Of a stretch of 64,000 nt of DNA, positions 1-13,047 are shown piece after piece. Origin of the DNA: Mytilus edulis. Lineage: Eukaryota. Position 1 is the first letter of the stretch. Each line of letters opens with the position of its first letter. The notes under the pieces are model-generated. The model saw nothing but the letters and a program-made list of their open reading frames with translations. It was not told the origin of the DNA and did not search any database. A program made the position numbers and the translations under genes. The stretch lies in contig NC_092344.1 in NCBI RefSeq assembly GCF_963676685.1, positions 6,076,001-6,140,000 on the forward strand. Reading direction: 5' to 3'.

Positions 1-2299
1 CTTTTCCTTTCTTTGTAAGGGGTATTTACTAACAAGATAAACTTGTTTTAAAGTGTTGACCGGGACCCCCTGTATGTTATATATAAGCCATTGTAATAAT
101 GCCAACTTTAAAGTTCACTCCGTGAAGGTAGATATTTAAAGGACATATGCGCCAGCCAGGTGAGACACGGTAATACTTGTTTATAACCGTAATACTCAAT
201 GAAGTACCCGTAATAAAACAATGCATTCGATTAGCATTCTTTAAATTCCGCATTCCATATTTTACATTCCAGTATGTTACGAGAGGCATAAGTTACGTTT
301 CGGATACGTCTAATGCAAACAACCCATTCCTTTACATACGTCAGTTCTACACCAGTCTAGGTTACCCCGAAGGCTTTAGATAGATAACATTTAGGAAACA
401 CTCTTGAATTAAATACCTTAGAACCATATTTGACTGGGACCCTTTGACATCATCGTATTTCAACACTGTGCACACCCAATCTTGAAGTGTTATGTTTTGT
501 TGTATTTCCGAACTACGTCTACATTTGCTTGCATTATATAAAGAAGGTTTACAGCCTCTTTAATGAAAGCAAAACAAATAAAGACAAACGCTAAATTACA
601 TAAATGAATCAAATTGGTATTTATTTCGATAATTATGTGCAGAAATATTTTATTCAGTATGCATGTATCTGCATGTTAATAGGAAGATTCATTCCACTTA
701 AAATCTTTACGGAATGTTAGTTTGTACTGTGAGTTGTTTATCGTACCAACTAACCTCGTCCTAAGCATTGCAAAGTTGCAAAATATTTGTCTAGGTTCAC
801 AACAATAATATCGATTGGTTGATCATTAAACGACTTTTACATTTCATACTGATGAAGATGTTTTTGCTGAGTAACTTATCGATCTGTGACTATGTATGTC
901 ATATGAGTCAGTGTATTTTCTCACAGTAGTGATTCATTAATATAGCTGATTAGTATTAAATCGTAAGATGTACATACACATGCGTCCAGTGCTCTTTCGT
1001 ATGACACATACATTCTCTTATATACTGCCAAGGATAATTGCAGTCAATGAGAATGAAAGCTTTCCACAGTCGACAAGTGTAAAAACATTTATCCCCCCTT
1101 TATAAGTGATATATATATTTTTCTTCAACGATGATCGACACAAATAACTCTTTTTATTCAGTATCTCAACGGGAGGTTTGAGAAAGATGATAAACAAAAC
1201 TTGTTTCTCACTCCCCCGCGTCACGGTATGCTGGAAGTATGTAGTACAAAGTCGTCTGCTTGCATCAGTATTGTCGACAAGTATCATGTGATACTCTGAC
1301 CACTTCCGACAGGTATCCTTTCTCATGTTAGTCACTTAACAAAAGATCAAAGAAAAGTAACATGTATATAGGTCAGGTAACTATTTGAAGTGACTAACAA
1401 AGAATCGGGACGTCTTACTGTTTGTAAATTAAATACAAAAATGTTCAAACAAATATGAATAAAATGAAATTTATAGTACTAAGTACGTACCAATTGTATT
1501 TTATAACTGGTCTAACTACTTAATTTATTAATTATATTGTTCACCTTGAGCACTGACATGCAAATTAAAACTGAATGATAAAGAGATGAAGCCTTACTTA
1601 ATCTAATTCATTTACGATTTTTAAAACAATAATAATATTTCAGTATGAAACTTGCATCTGGTGCTAAGGTGCATATTATATTTATATTATTGGGAAAACC
1701 GTAGATGTACTCTGTGTTAGTGCACCAAGTGATCCCAGAGATAACAGGAAATGATTACCTGTAGGTATATATAGGTGTTTCGCAGCCTGTCGAAAGTACG
1801 AAGTTTTACCAAACAAACCAAAGTCCGTTATTCTGTTGCCAAAATAATTTGGTTTTATTTCTTTACCTGTACATGATATTATATAAACACGCAGATGAGA
1901 TTACAGAAAAAATGACTTTAAACAAATATCAACATTTGTAGTTAAGGGTGCAATATATATAGTTGTTAAAGTACATTCAAATGTTTATGATTGCCGACAC
2001 CAATTTGCATATACAGTAAGGACATACATAATGACTTCCTTGTTTGATTATCATTATGTTTCTTGTTCTAATACCTATATGACAATATGTCTGCTTATTT
2101 CGACAATCAATTAAAACACAAGGATGTCTGGGAAAAAGATGATTGATTAATTGTTGGCTGCTTAACGTCCAGAGACAAATATGTCATGCATGTTCAGGAC
2201 GAAATCAAGTTAACCTTGAATACAATTGGTAGGTCTTGTAAAAGAAGCCAATTTTTTTTTTATTTAAAAAGAAGTAGACTGCCATTTGAAAATAAGATA

Positions 2300-2741
2300 G
2301 AATGAAATTCAAAACAGTGTGGCTGTGGCCATTGATTGACACATTAAATTCATCCATTGACTGGGACAATTTAGGTGAACGTTTGTATGTAACGACCACT
2401 TCTCACTGTGTACTTTTTAAAGACACTTAAACTATGGGGTCACCAAAGGTTCTCAACACCTTAATAAAGTAATTCGAAAAATTAATGAGAAATAACACGA
2501 TGTTTTGATTTATATCAATTATATAAATCAAAACATAAAGGTTATTCCTGATTAATTTTTCGAATTATTTTATAATTAAAGGCGTTAAGAAACCTTTGGT
2601 GACCCCACAGTTTAAATGTCTATCGTAGGTACGTCGTGAACAGTGGTCGTTACAGACAAACGTTCACGTAAATGTCCCAGTCAATGGATGAATTTAATGT
2701 GTCAATCAATGGCCACAGCCACACTGTTTTGAATTTCATTC
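2300..2741. mobile_element. 442-bp foldback MITE, TA target duplication (Tc1/mariner-like)
   Basis: Whole element is an imperfect palindrome centred near 2520; TA at 2298-2299 and 2742-2743; splits a SINE-like repeat. Confidence 0.9.
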
Positions 2742-5700
2742 TATATTGGATAGGAACAGAAATTTTGCCTTTCAAACATACCCTCGTTTTTTTTTCAGTA
2801 GCAGTCTGAATTTTCTGTTTCGCGTTCTAGACGACCCCTATTTCAGAACTTGCATGACATGTTTGCCACTGGACGTAAAGCAACAACCAATCAAACAATT
2901 GATACTAAAAATTTGAATATGACATAATCCTCAATATATTGGTGTACTGCTGGATCAGCTGTCAATATTGCAACTAAATTACAAACGAAAATAAGCCATA
3001 AAAGAAGATGATCATGGAAAACGAGAGAAGTTAGGAATAATGTACTTATACTCCATACACTAAGTGTCATCCGATGACCCATTGCTTCATTTACTAGTAG
3101 ATGCAAAGATTTTAATAAATGCTTATTCAGCACGAACAAAAATCAATGATATATACAAAATAAATAGGTTTTGCAAAATAGATCGGTTGGTAATATTAAC
3201 CGATCTTTCAAAGTGGAAAGGGGCAAGTTGAATTGAAATTGTGTCTGAAAACAGACTACATATGAACCCTTTAAAGAGTTGATTCTTTGGTTTTGTAGAG
3301 GCATTATATTTGACGTCCCTATTCCGACCGGACGTGGCTACGTATTCATACATCTGCACAGACAAACGAACGACCACCTTTCACTTGCATAAATGTATTT
3401 CCTGGATGGGGACTGACCATGCATTTTTGTATATCACTGTTAGCTTTTTGGTTAGTAACACTCGTTACCGGAAAAGGTATGGCTAGAGTAACGACATAAG
3501 ATTATCTGGAGTTCATCCTAATTGGTGGAAGACTCATTTTGAAGTAACGTCTGGTCGGAATTTGAACGTTCAATCAATGCTCAAGTTTGAAGATTAGTGT
3601 GTTCTCTGTTCGTAATAGAACCATTGAAACTTTTCTATAGAGAGGATCGGAGGTGTCCTATTAAAATTCAAGTTCTGTCCATATTCGACATGTTTTCTTC
3701 TGCAGTCGTTACTTCCCACCTACAAACACGTTAGGAACACGACAAACAATTTATAGATACATTTATTTGCGTTAGGGGGCCCGGGGGGGGGGGGGAGTTC
3801 TTGCTTTTGTGTTTAAAACAGTGTAGGTATACAGATACTTTCCAGTTGAAAGTTCGACTTTCTGAAAGACCTTCATTTGTCATGCAAAAGGAATCTTGAA
3901 TTAAACTATATATCTACATATATGTACATATTGCAAAAAATAGCAAAAAATCAATACCACAAGCATGTTACTATACAATCGATGCAATATGTTGAATCAA
4001 CTTGCAAGTATGTGCTTTGTAACCCTATTTTTTATTACCTTATTTCTATATTAAGCATTTAGATCTTTATAACTCATGACTAAACGTACAACAGATTTTA
4101 AGTATAGTACTAAATTTAGAACTAAATAGGGATAAAATAGAATGAGATTTGTCAAATATCTTAATACTATAAAAGGAACCATAAATCGAGTATGAAATAA
4201 TCATTATTTTAAACTTTTTTCGCTTGATAGATCTGTACATTAATATAATGAATATTTCCTCCCTTAAAATATTTCTTGTCGGGTAAGTTCCAAAAACAGT
4301 AAAATATAAGTTTCCTAATAAGGTAAAAGACATAAGGGACGACAAGGATTACCTTCTCCAAATAAAAATAATGCATAAGTTTGCATAGGGTGTACATATA
4401 TGGCTAGAGTTAAATGGCGTGACTATATACGGTTGTTGATATATCTACCCCATTACACATAACACTCTATGATATACCTTTAAAGTTGTATACGTCCATA
4501 TACAGGTCAATGTTATAACCGATATTTTCCTTGTTTACATTTCAGTTTGTTTTTCTACATTGCAATTGTTGCTATATATATATGCGTTAAATATGCATAT
4601 AGTTCGATTGTATATTTTTTGGAGAGAAGAGGGGAAGGGGGTTTAGAATTACTTTAACTGTTGAATCTTTCATACAACATAATTTGATTTGTTCAAATAA
4701 CTTTAATCTTTCGAAAACTCTTTGCGATTATTTCATGCAACATTTATATTCAAGATAGACAGCAGCATACATGACATAATTACGCGATACTTGAGAATTG
4801 CGTATACTTATATACATATAAATGTATGTATGTCCTTGGTCTAAGCCATGAGGATATATATGTTGTCACAAAGGTCGATGTAAATATTTGTTCGACATCA
4901 AGGTCATTCAAGGTATGAAAATAAACGAAGTCGTGCCAAGTTTATTAGGCTCCAATTTTCACAGTCAGGATAAATGTTAAAAGGCTAATAACTTATATAA
5001 CAAATATTAACCAGAGAGAACTAGTTACAAAAAAGATACATCTTAATATCCAAATCATGTAAATTAATGAAATGATTTCACAGTTTGAGATTTATCTGGA
5101 AGCTTTTTCGTGGAATGCTTTTGACAAGTTTGAAGTGACCATATGTGTGCATCTTTGTAAATTGCATACTGATATTAACTTCCTAGCCTCTAGTATAGTA
5201 ATAACAATGCAGAATACATGCACCCAATAAAAGACTGTAGGTTACAGCAGTATTAATTGATGAATGCTTGATTAATTCTTATTCTGAAAATGACAATTTT
5301 ATATTTTCCTGCTGAATATTGAGATATTTTTTGGTTTTTAAGATTGCTTTGTTGTTCTTATAATGAATATACCAACGTGAAGACAACGCACTTTCATGAA
5401 ATTGCTTGAACAAAAATCGACTCGTCAACGTTACACATGTGCAGATGAAGGAAAACAAATAAATCCTAACCATTGAAAGGTTGAAATATCGACAGTGGCC
5501 AAAACAAATTAATTGAAAACAAGAAGACAACAGAAAAAAGTATATTGATGAACTAAACTAAATCTAGGTGATCAGAAAGGATATAAAAAGTTATTTACCA
5601 TGCATATATTGTACAACCACGATGGTAAGTGTATATTTTAGGAAGAAACAACAAACCTTTTACCTTGTTTCTGTTTAAAGAATTTCCATAAATGTACATA

Positions 5701-5905
5701 TTTTAAACTTTAACCAGATTCCTACCAATGCTTGTGTATACGCTTTACGTCAGCAAAGAAAATTTATGGATTTTTATATAATATCGTATAATGAGTTTTT
5801 TTTTAGTTTTTACTAGCTGATACTAGTTTCTGTCACATTAACAGTTGTTGTTCGACATAACCAGGCAAAATCGTCTACCATTTTAAAAGATAACACAGTT
5901 GTTCG

Positions 5906-6320
5906 ATATATATATATATATATGCAACTCGTCTAAACATGAACCCAACAATGTTAGATCTGTAAATTTGCTTTCGCAAATTTTTTCTTCCCTCGCCGGG
6001 ATTCGAACCCATGCTACTGAGATATCGTGACGCCAAATCGCCTGCACTATAACCGGTGCGCTAGACCACACGACCACCTGGGCTTCATAAAAATGAAGCT
6101 TTCGGTGGCCGGGTGTTACCTTTCAACGTCAGTTTTAATCTAGCGTCGTTCTACAGTACATGATATATAAGGCATGAAGATGTTCTTTTTACAGATCAGC
6201 TAAATTATCTAAAGTAAAGGATCCTACAAATTAATGTAAGATACAGTCACAAAAATAATATATACAACTCGTCTAAACATCAACCCAACAATGTTAGATC
6301 TGTAAATTTGCTTTCGCAAT
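5906..6320 (-). mobile_element. tRNA-derived (Leu/Ser-like) Pol III element with (TA)n tail, in partial tandem (340-bp period)
   Basis: Head from 6083: A box TGGTCGTGTGG, B box GGTTCGAATCC (5999-6009); 55-bp direct repeat at 5925-5979 and 6265-6319. Confidence 0.8.
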
Positions 6321-6689
6321 ATAAAATTATATATAGGTACAGTTACAAAACATAAAAGCTCATTAATTGGTTGTGTTAGCTTACCGTCCAGTAGAAAATA
6401 TTTCAGTAGTGTTCAGAACTAATGAAGCATAAATGAAAGACTTCTAAAAGAAATGCTCTGGCGTGAAATAAATATGAAAATAAAGGATAAAATCTACGTC
6501 TTAAATGTCTTTCAATTTCCACTGAAACAGGAAATGTTGGATAGGGAGATCCGTTGTCCTAAACACACCACCCTCCCACAAGTTGTTGCAAAGGTTTATA
6601 ACTTGCTGACAGCGTAACAATCTCAAATGAAGGTGCTGTAAAATAATATGCTCTGGCGTGAAATAAATGGAGATGAGGGAAATTGTCCT

Positions 6690-6925
6690 GCATTACCCGA
6701 AGGTCAACATAAAACATAGGTTTTGGGTAACTAAAAGGCAAAAAATAAATCATACAGGTTCAGCGCTATCCGGTGGCAAAATAAATCACAGATCCTGCAT
6801 TACCATGAGGTAAAAATAAAGCACAGGTCCTGCGCTTTCCATGGGTCAAAATAAAATAAAACACAGGTTCTGCGCTATACCCGGAGGTCAAAACAAAACA
6901 CAGATGCTGTCCAGGGATCAAATTA
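6690..6925. repeat. Degenerate 35-40-bp tandem repeat, about 6 units
   Basis: Recurring aaaataaa..cacaggt.ctgcgct motif. Confidence 0.7.
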
Positions 6926-9900
6926 AGTACCATTACATGTATTTTGTACAGTTATGCATTGTTACAGTCCAATCATTATTTAAACTATTGTGCCTCAATT
7001 CAGTCTGCTATTTTTTTATTGAAATATTTAAGTCATTTTACAATTCCTTTTTCTTATTTTCTTTCTAATTTACTTGTTAGTTCATTGTCCTCGTCTACTC
7101 ATATTAGCGCGTTGACAAACGTCATATGATAGAACGTATTGTTTTCTGTGCGTCTGACAAAAACAAATCAAATCGAATATGTTGCTTGTTACGATGTCAA
7201 TTAACTAGCTATCTCCAATGTTAGGTAATTACGTAATAGTTCAATGACATCAATGATATACACATAAAACTACTTGATAAACTGCAACCGATTTCACAAT
7301 TAATCGAGTCATTAGGTGGAATGCATTTTCTACAGGCTGACTTAAAAACTGCCTATCACAGACAATTAATGCCTTCTAACAAAGGCGGCTTTACCAGGAG
7401 GAAGTAGGGGACAGATACCCTAACCCCCTTGTGGAGCTTCATGTAAGATACATGCATAGACTTTCTATAAGAATAGCTTTGAATGATGGCTTGCTAGGGT
7501 CACCTTTTTAAACTCCTGCATTGATCTGCACATAACAAAACTTAGAACCAATACAAGCCCTTTTTGTATAAACATTTTTAAGGGATAACCGAAAAGAGTA
7601 AAGATTACAATATGCTTAGATGCTATTATATTTTACTACTGTGTTATCAGCGTATATATAGCTTTTGTATTACCATATACTTATATAAATGGAATGTTAA
7701 TACGATTTTCTTCCTTACATACAGTTAGTATAAGCAGCTCAGTTGGCTTGCACCTATGTTGTCTAATCTTATCTTCAAATCAACAGGTTTTTGTTGTGTA
7801 AAAATGGAATATAACGGAGATTTTCTATACCAAGAACTGTTTTATAAAACTTACATAAATTTTAAAAGGAAATATACGAAATGTACACATTTTGCTTGAA
7901 TCGCACGAATCGTTACTATTCTACCCTCTCCCCTTTCCCAGACAAACAAAAAAACCAAACTGTTTGTTGGAGATTTCATACAATTTGTTTTATTTCGGCG
8001 ATGAACAATAGATGCCGACCTGGTGCTTTCTTTTTTCGTACTTATGTAATTTGATTGTCCCCTCGGTTTCTTATCATAATAGCCTTTTTTACCGCCTCCT
8101 GGGTCTCCCACTCATTCTAGTCTACGTTGGCTTTCAATATTGCTTTCCTGTAGACACGTGGCCAATTTTTAGCATTGTGCTTTGATGCTAATCTATTTGA
8201 TGTAATATTGTCTGAAAGAGGGAATGCACCGAAGAAACTGACTTGCTTTTTCTGTCGGCTGCTACCTTGCACTTAAACACATTATTTACTATTTATAATG
8301 TTACTGAAATAATTCGTTTGAAGCTGTTTTTGTCATCAAACTGTAATTCCTTTGAATTTCCTGATGAAGCATGCATAACCTATTTAACACTCCTCCTCAC
8401 TATTGTAAGGTCCCATAGAGTTCAGCTTGTTTGTTCATGAATTGTTATTCATATGTATCTTATATAGATTGTGTTTATCAGTAGGTAACTGGACTTCATG
8501 CAGAGTCAATTTAATGGTTTATTTCAGAAACCCAAGGTAATCAATCATTGACTTAAATAGTCTGTTATTAAAGGATAATACACTCCTCCCAGACACAGAT
8601 AAGCCGCATAAAGTCTTTTTATCTCTATATTTCTATACAAGTACTAAATGCGTTATAAGGCAAAACATCCGGTACAAGTTACTTTTATCTCTTTTGCAAC
8701 AAACCGTTTAGAACTAGATATGAACCAAGGGACCTTTTACCTTAGGATATACTTACACAAAATTATGAACTACAAAAGTCGGTCTTAGCAATTGTATATA
8801 GTTCAACAACAATGAAGATGAATAATTGCCGACTTTTCCGCTAAATAGAAAATACTTTCATTTATGAAACTTGGGCTTCCTTGGAACTCTTGTTGAGCGT
8901 GGTCAGTTAAATGTGCAGGATATAAACAAAGGACGCATCTCTAGTCTCATTAGGGACATCATATGTCCTGTGTTACAGCAGCTCTTGAAGGGGATCCGCA
9001 GGCGACCCTTGTGGAGTCCATTTTTCATATCCGCTTACTAGTGGAAGTTCAAACTCGTTTTCCACCACCGTACGTGCATCCTAGTCGGTCGACTTTCGTT
9101 ACGCTTCCTGTAATTGATTAACTGTTATAAGTACTAGTCATTCGTCATTTATTGGCAATTTCGTCGTTTAACTACCAGACGGATGATAAAACAGACCGAA
9201 AAAAGAGAAAAAAAACTTTCAGTATATCAAAGAGAGGAAAATTGTATACATTACGGATAACAACAATATCAGAGGAAAAGTTGCTTTCCATGGCAACACA
9301 TTTTACCATTTAATAAAAAAAGGTCTTGGACAATTACTAATTGCATATCTAAAGTGCAAATGGATTACAAAATACATTGCGTGGGGCATCACTGGTGTCT
9401 TTTTGTAATTTTTATTATTTAGCGTCGGTGTGTTATATAGATAATATCTTAACCTTTAATTGGTTTCCTCCAATTGACATTTATTTGCAGTCTAGTTTAT
9501 ATTCCTTAAAACACATGTCGGGGTAGATGATATTCAATTGATGTTCTTGCCATTTTTGACATTTCAAAACCCGAAGATTATAAAGTTCAAGTTCTCTTGC
9601 TATTTATTTCAAGCTATAGATTACATTTTTCTCAATATAAAGTGATTTGATATTTTTATTCGATTTATGAAAATCCTGGCTTATATATTTTAAACTTTTA
9701 CGCATAAAACTATGTCAACCTACTATATATATACGTATCCTTTATCGATACTCTTTGTCAGCGATTTACAAACATTTTTTTCAATCATGTTATGCAGGAT
9801 CAATATAAAAACAACACGAATTGTGATAACATTCTAATCAATCTTTTTATCATAAAAGTATGTTGACTGTACATTTTTAGATGACAAGTCTGAATATAGT

Positions 9901-10040
9901 AACATTTTTCTATATATAGTCTGAACATGAATAAATGTTTCCTAATAGAAATCTAATCAAAGACATTTTTAAGTGATAAGTTTATTTTAAGAGGTCATAG
10001 ATTAGAAATTTATAATCATTATTTGACAATTCAGCTAAGT

Positions 10041-10245
10041 ATAAAAAAGAAGATGTGGTATGATTGCCAATGAGACAACTATCCACAAAAGACCAAAATG
10101 ACAGACATTAACAACTATAGGTCACCGTACGGCCTTCAACAATGAGCAAAGCCCATACCGCATAGTCAGCTATAATAGGCCCCGATAAGACAATGTAAAA
10201 CAATTCAAACGAGAAAACTAACGGCCTTATTTATGTAAAAAAACA
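10041..10245 (-). repeat. SINE-like family A 3' fragment (tail ...CAATCATACCACATCTTCTTTTTTAT)
   Basis: Recurs at 10834, 20620, 39880, 56262, 56415, 59572 and 60925. Confidence 0.85.
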
Positions 10246-10577
10246 AACAAATTATGTATTAATTCAATCTGTAAATGTATGCTTTAGTACTATTTAAAAT
10301 TGAGGTGGAAATTAAAAATCACAACATGCATTCATATATGTACAACAATATAAATATTTTGCAATGACGCAAACATTTTGATGGAACCCAGGTATAATCC
10401 GAGAAAACATGTATACCACAGTTTTTAATCTTTTTGTTTATTAATAAATTTAACCATATGATGATCAATTGAACATGTTAACATGGAATGAAAGCTTCTT
10501 ATTCTAGTACAGTAGTTATCATATTGTATGGATCAGAAGGTAAATGGTACCGTTTAATGTAATAAAAAAAGAAGGGA

Positions 10578-11150
10578 AATCACAAAACTTCTGAACTCCG
10601 TTGAATATTTAGAACTCAAAGTCCCTAATCAAATGTCAAAATAAAAAGTTCAAACACATCCAACGAATAAACAACAACTGTCATATTCCTGACTTGGTAC
10701 ACACATTTTCTTATGTAGTAAATGGCGAATTAAACCTGGTTTTGTAGCTAGCTAAACCACTCACTTGTATGAGAGTTGCATACAATTCCATTATATTGAC
10801 AATAATTTGTGAACAAAACAAACAGACATAATACATTGTCATATCGGGACCTTTATAGCTGACTATGAGGTGTGGGCTTTGCTCATTGTTGAAAGCCGTA
10901 CGGTGACCTATAGTTGTTAATGTCTGTGTCATTTTGGTCTCTTGTGGACAGTTATCTCATTGGCAATCATACCACATCTTCTTTTTTATATAATAGGTGA
11001 ACATGTCAAAAAAGGGGTACAGCAGTCAACATTGTGTTATAATCTTAATCACTTTAAAACAGACAAATATGTAACAAAGAAGCATAAAAAGGCAGATAAG
11101 CAAAAATGAAAGACAAGAATATAGGATTTCGCCATTGCATATAACATGAC
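10578..11150 (-). repeat. SINE-like family B
   Basis: Other copies at 15962-16090, 33725-33955, 34326-34620, 40635-40945 and 57925-58092. Confidence 0.85.
10834..10989 (+). repeat. Family A fragment inserted into family B with ATAATA TSD
   Basis: ATAATA at 10828-10833 and 10990-10995; the uninterrupted family B site is seen near 40690. Confidence 0.85.
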
Positions 11151-11231
11151 GAATTGCAAATATCGTTCTTTCAACATCGTTCTTGTTACATGTCTGTATA
11201 TAGTGTAGCAGTCCTATGAAATGTTACTCTT

Positions 11232-11395
11232 AATAGTTATCAAAGGTATCAAGCTTACAATTCGATATGCCAAACGCTGGTCTCTTCGAGACAAGACCAA
11301 CCAGTGACGCTCTTATCAAAAAAACCAATCAAGTATAAAGTTGAAGACCATTGTGCCAAATACGCCTAAGGTAATATATGCCTTGGATACGAAAC
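11232..11395 (-). mobile_element. Retrozyme family C fragment, ribozyme decayed
   Basis: Same AATAGTTATCAAAGGTA end and body as the other copies; core mutated. Confidence 0.7.
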
Positions 11396-12650
11396 TGTCC
11401 ATATCATCCAAACTGGTTCCCGATCGCAATGTTCAGTATGTTACACATATACCAATATAATAACGTAGTACCGGGAACCAGGATACATATCATCAAACTT
11501 ATAAAAGAAAGTTAGATTGTCTGAGGCAAATACAAACTGTCATAATTCATATGACAAATTCAGAGTAAAATACAGAAACGAAAACTTGGAGAACAAAATG
11601 TATCGACACAATTCTTGAACAATTTCAGTTCATTCATTAGCCCGACTACTAATATGTATCCCATGTGAGCGTATTTAATAAATCAACAAAACTGAAGTAG
11701 TGTACATAACCGATTTATTTACTTACATAACAACGCACCATATCACCTCGTACGATATTACCAATTATATTTAAAGTCACGAAGATCTGACGTCACAGAA
11801 TAGAATACGTAAACAGTAAATGTCGGCAAATAACTATTTGACAGTTCTTAGCGATTTTATAATAATTGGAATTATTTTCATTTTACAGCATTCCCCCGCG
11901 AGAGCATGAGCATGTGTTCTAAAGTCTACGGCATTGTGATGGCTTCTAATTATCTGTCACGAAAAAGGAGTAATTATAAGAGAAACAATACTTATTTAAT
12001 GGTCTTTTTCTTAATATCAACAAGGTTTTAAAATGTTTTGCAAAGAAAATCTGTTTCGCAATATCAAATCAGCGTTCTAATGCTATTTTTATTCACCAAA
12101 CAAGGGCCACAGAAGGGCATATAGAAAATAGACAATATCATTATAAACAATAACATATGCAATGCAATCTAGTTAATTGATATTTAGAAATAAAACACAC
12201 CAAAATAACAACAACATATTATATTTCAATGCATATGATGTTGACTCAAGAGCACAAAGTAAGTGTATTTTGATTATTAAAATAAACAGAAGACTCAAGT
12301 AGTGTGTGCCTTATAGAGATATATCTATAAAAGATATCTATTAAAATGAATTCAAGATTCATTTGAAACATATCTACACAACAAAAGGCATTTATTAGAG
12401 CCAATGTGCTCTTCAAAAGCGACCGACATATGCAAGTGCATCGGTACTATGTTAGACCTTGTATCAACAATGTTTTAAACCATGTAGTTATTGATATCAC
12501 GGATAGAGCAATCGATATGTTTGATAGCGTAATTAAAAGATGGCCTTGAAGAATCTCAATGCATTTTTTAATTACGTAATGATGACTGTAAACGGCGTTT
12601 GCGACAACAACTAATGGTGTAATCTTCGGATTTCAAATGTTTGGCTTTGA

Positions 12651-12692
12651 GCGTTCCTGATGAAGGTAAATCCAGAAAAGCGCTTCGGACGC
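12651..12692 (+). ncRNA. Type I hammerhead ribozyme (family D, 5' copy); predicted cleavage after C12686
   Basis: GCGTTC-CTGATGA-AGGTAAATCCA-GAAA-AGCGCT-TC-GGACGC; GCGUUC pairs with GGACGC (one G-U). Confidence 0.85.
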
Positions 12693-13005
12693 AATAAATT
12701 ATAAAACGTTTTGTTTTTCATTTTTTACATAACTGGGTCGATACCTCTGCTGGTGGACTATCAGTCCCCGAGGGTATCATCAGCTCAGTAGTCAGTGCTT
12801 CGGTACTGACATGATTTAACAAACTTTACTAAAATTGTCTGGTTCTAAATTTTGAAATTATTATATATGAAACTAAGGTTTCAACTCCCTCAGGCAAAGT
12901 TGGCTCTAGATGAATTTGGCTATTTATTTTAGGTATTTTTGACATAAAGCTCTTCAACGATTTTCGGTACTTATACATCTTCGGATTTCAAATGTTTGGC
13001 TTTGA

Positions 13006-13047
13006 GCGTTCCTGATGAAGGTAAATCCAGAAAAGCGCTTCGGACGC
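13006..13047 (+). ncRNA. Type I hammerhead ribozyme (family D, 3' copy); predicted cleavage after C13041
   Basis: Identical to 12651-12692, 355 nt downstream. Confidence 0.85.

Noticed and set aside
2140-2900. Outer TIR transposon around the foldback MITE
   Set aside because: The apparent TIRs are tails of two inverted copies of a family that also occurs singly elsewhere in the window.
5985-6083. Functional tRNA gene
   Set aside because: A and B boxes are present but acceptor and anticodon stems do not pair properly; it has a SINE-like tail.
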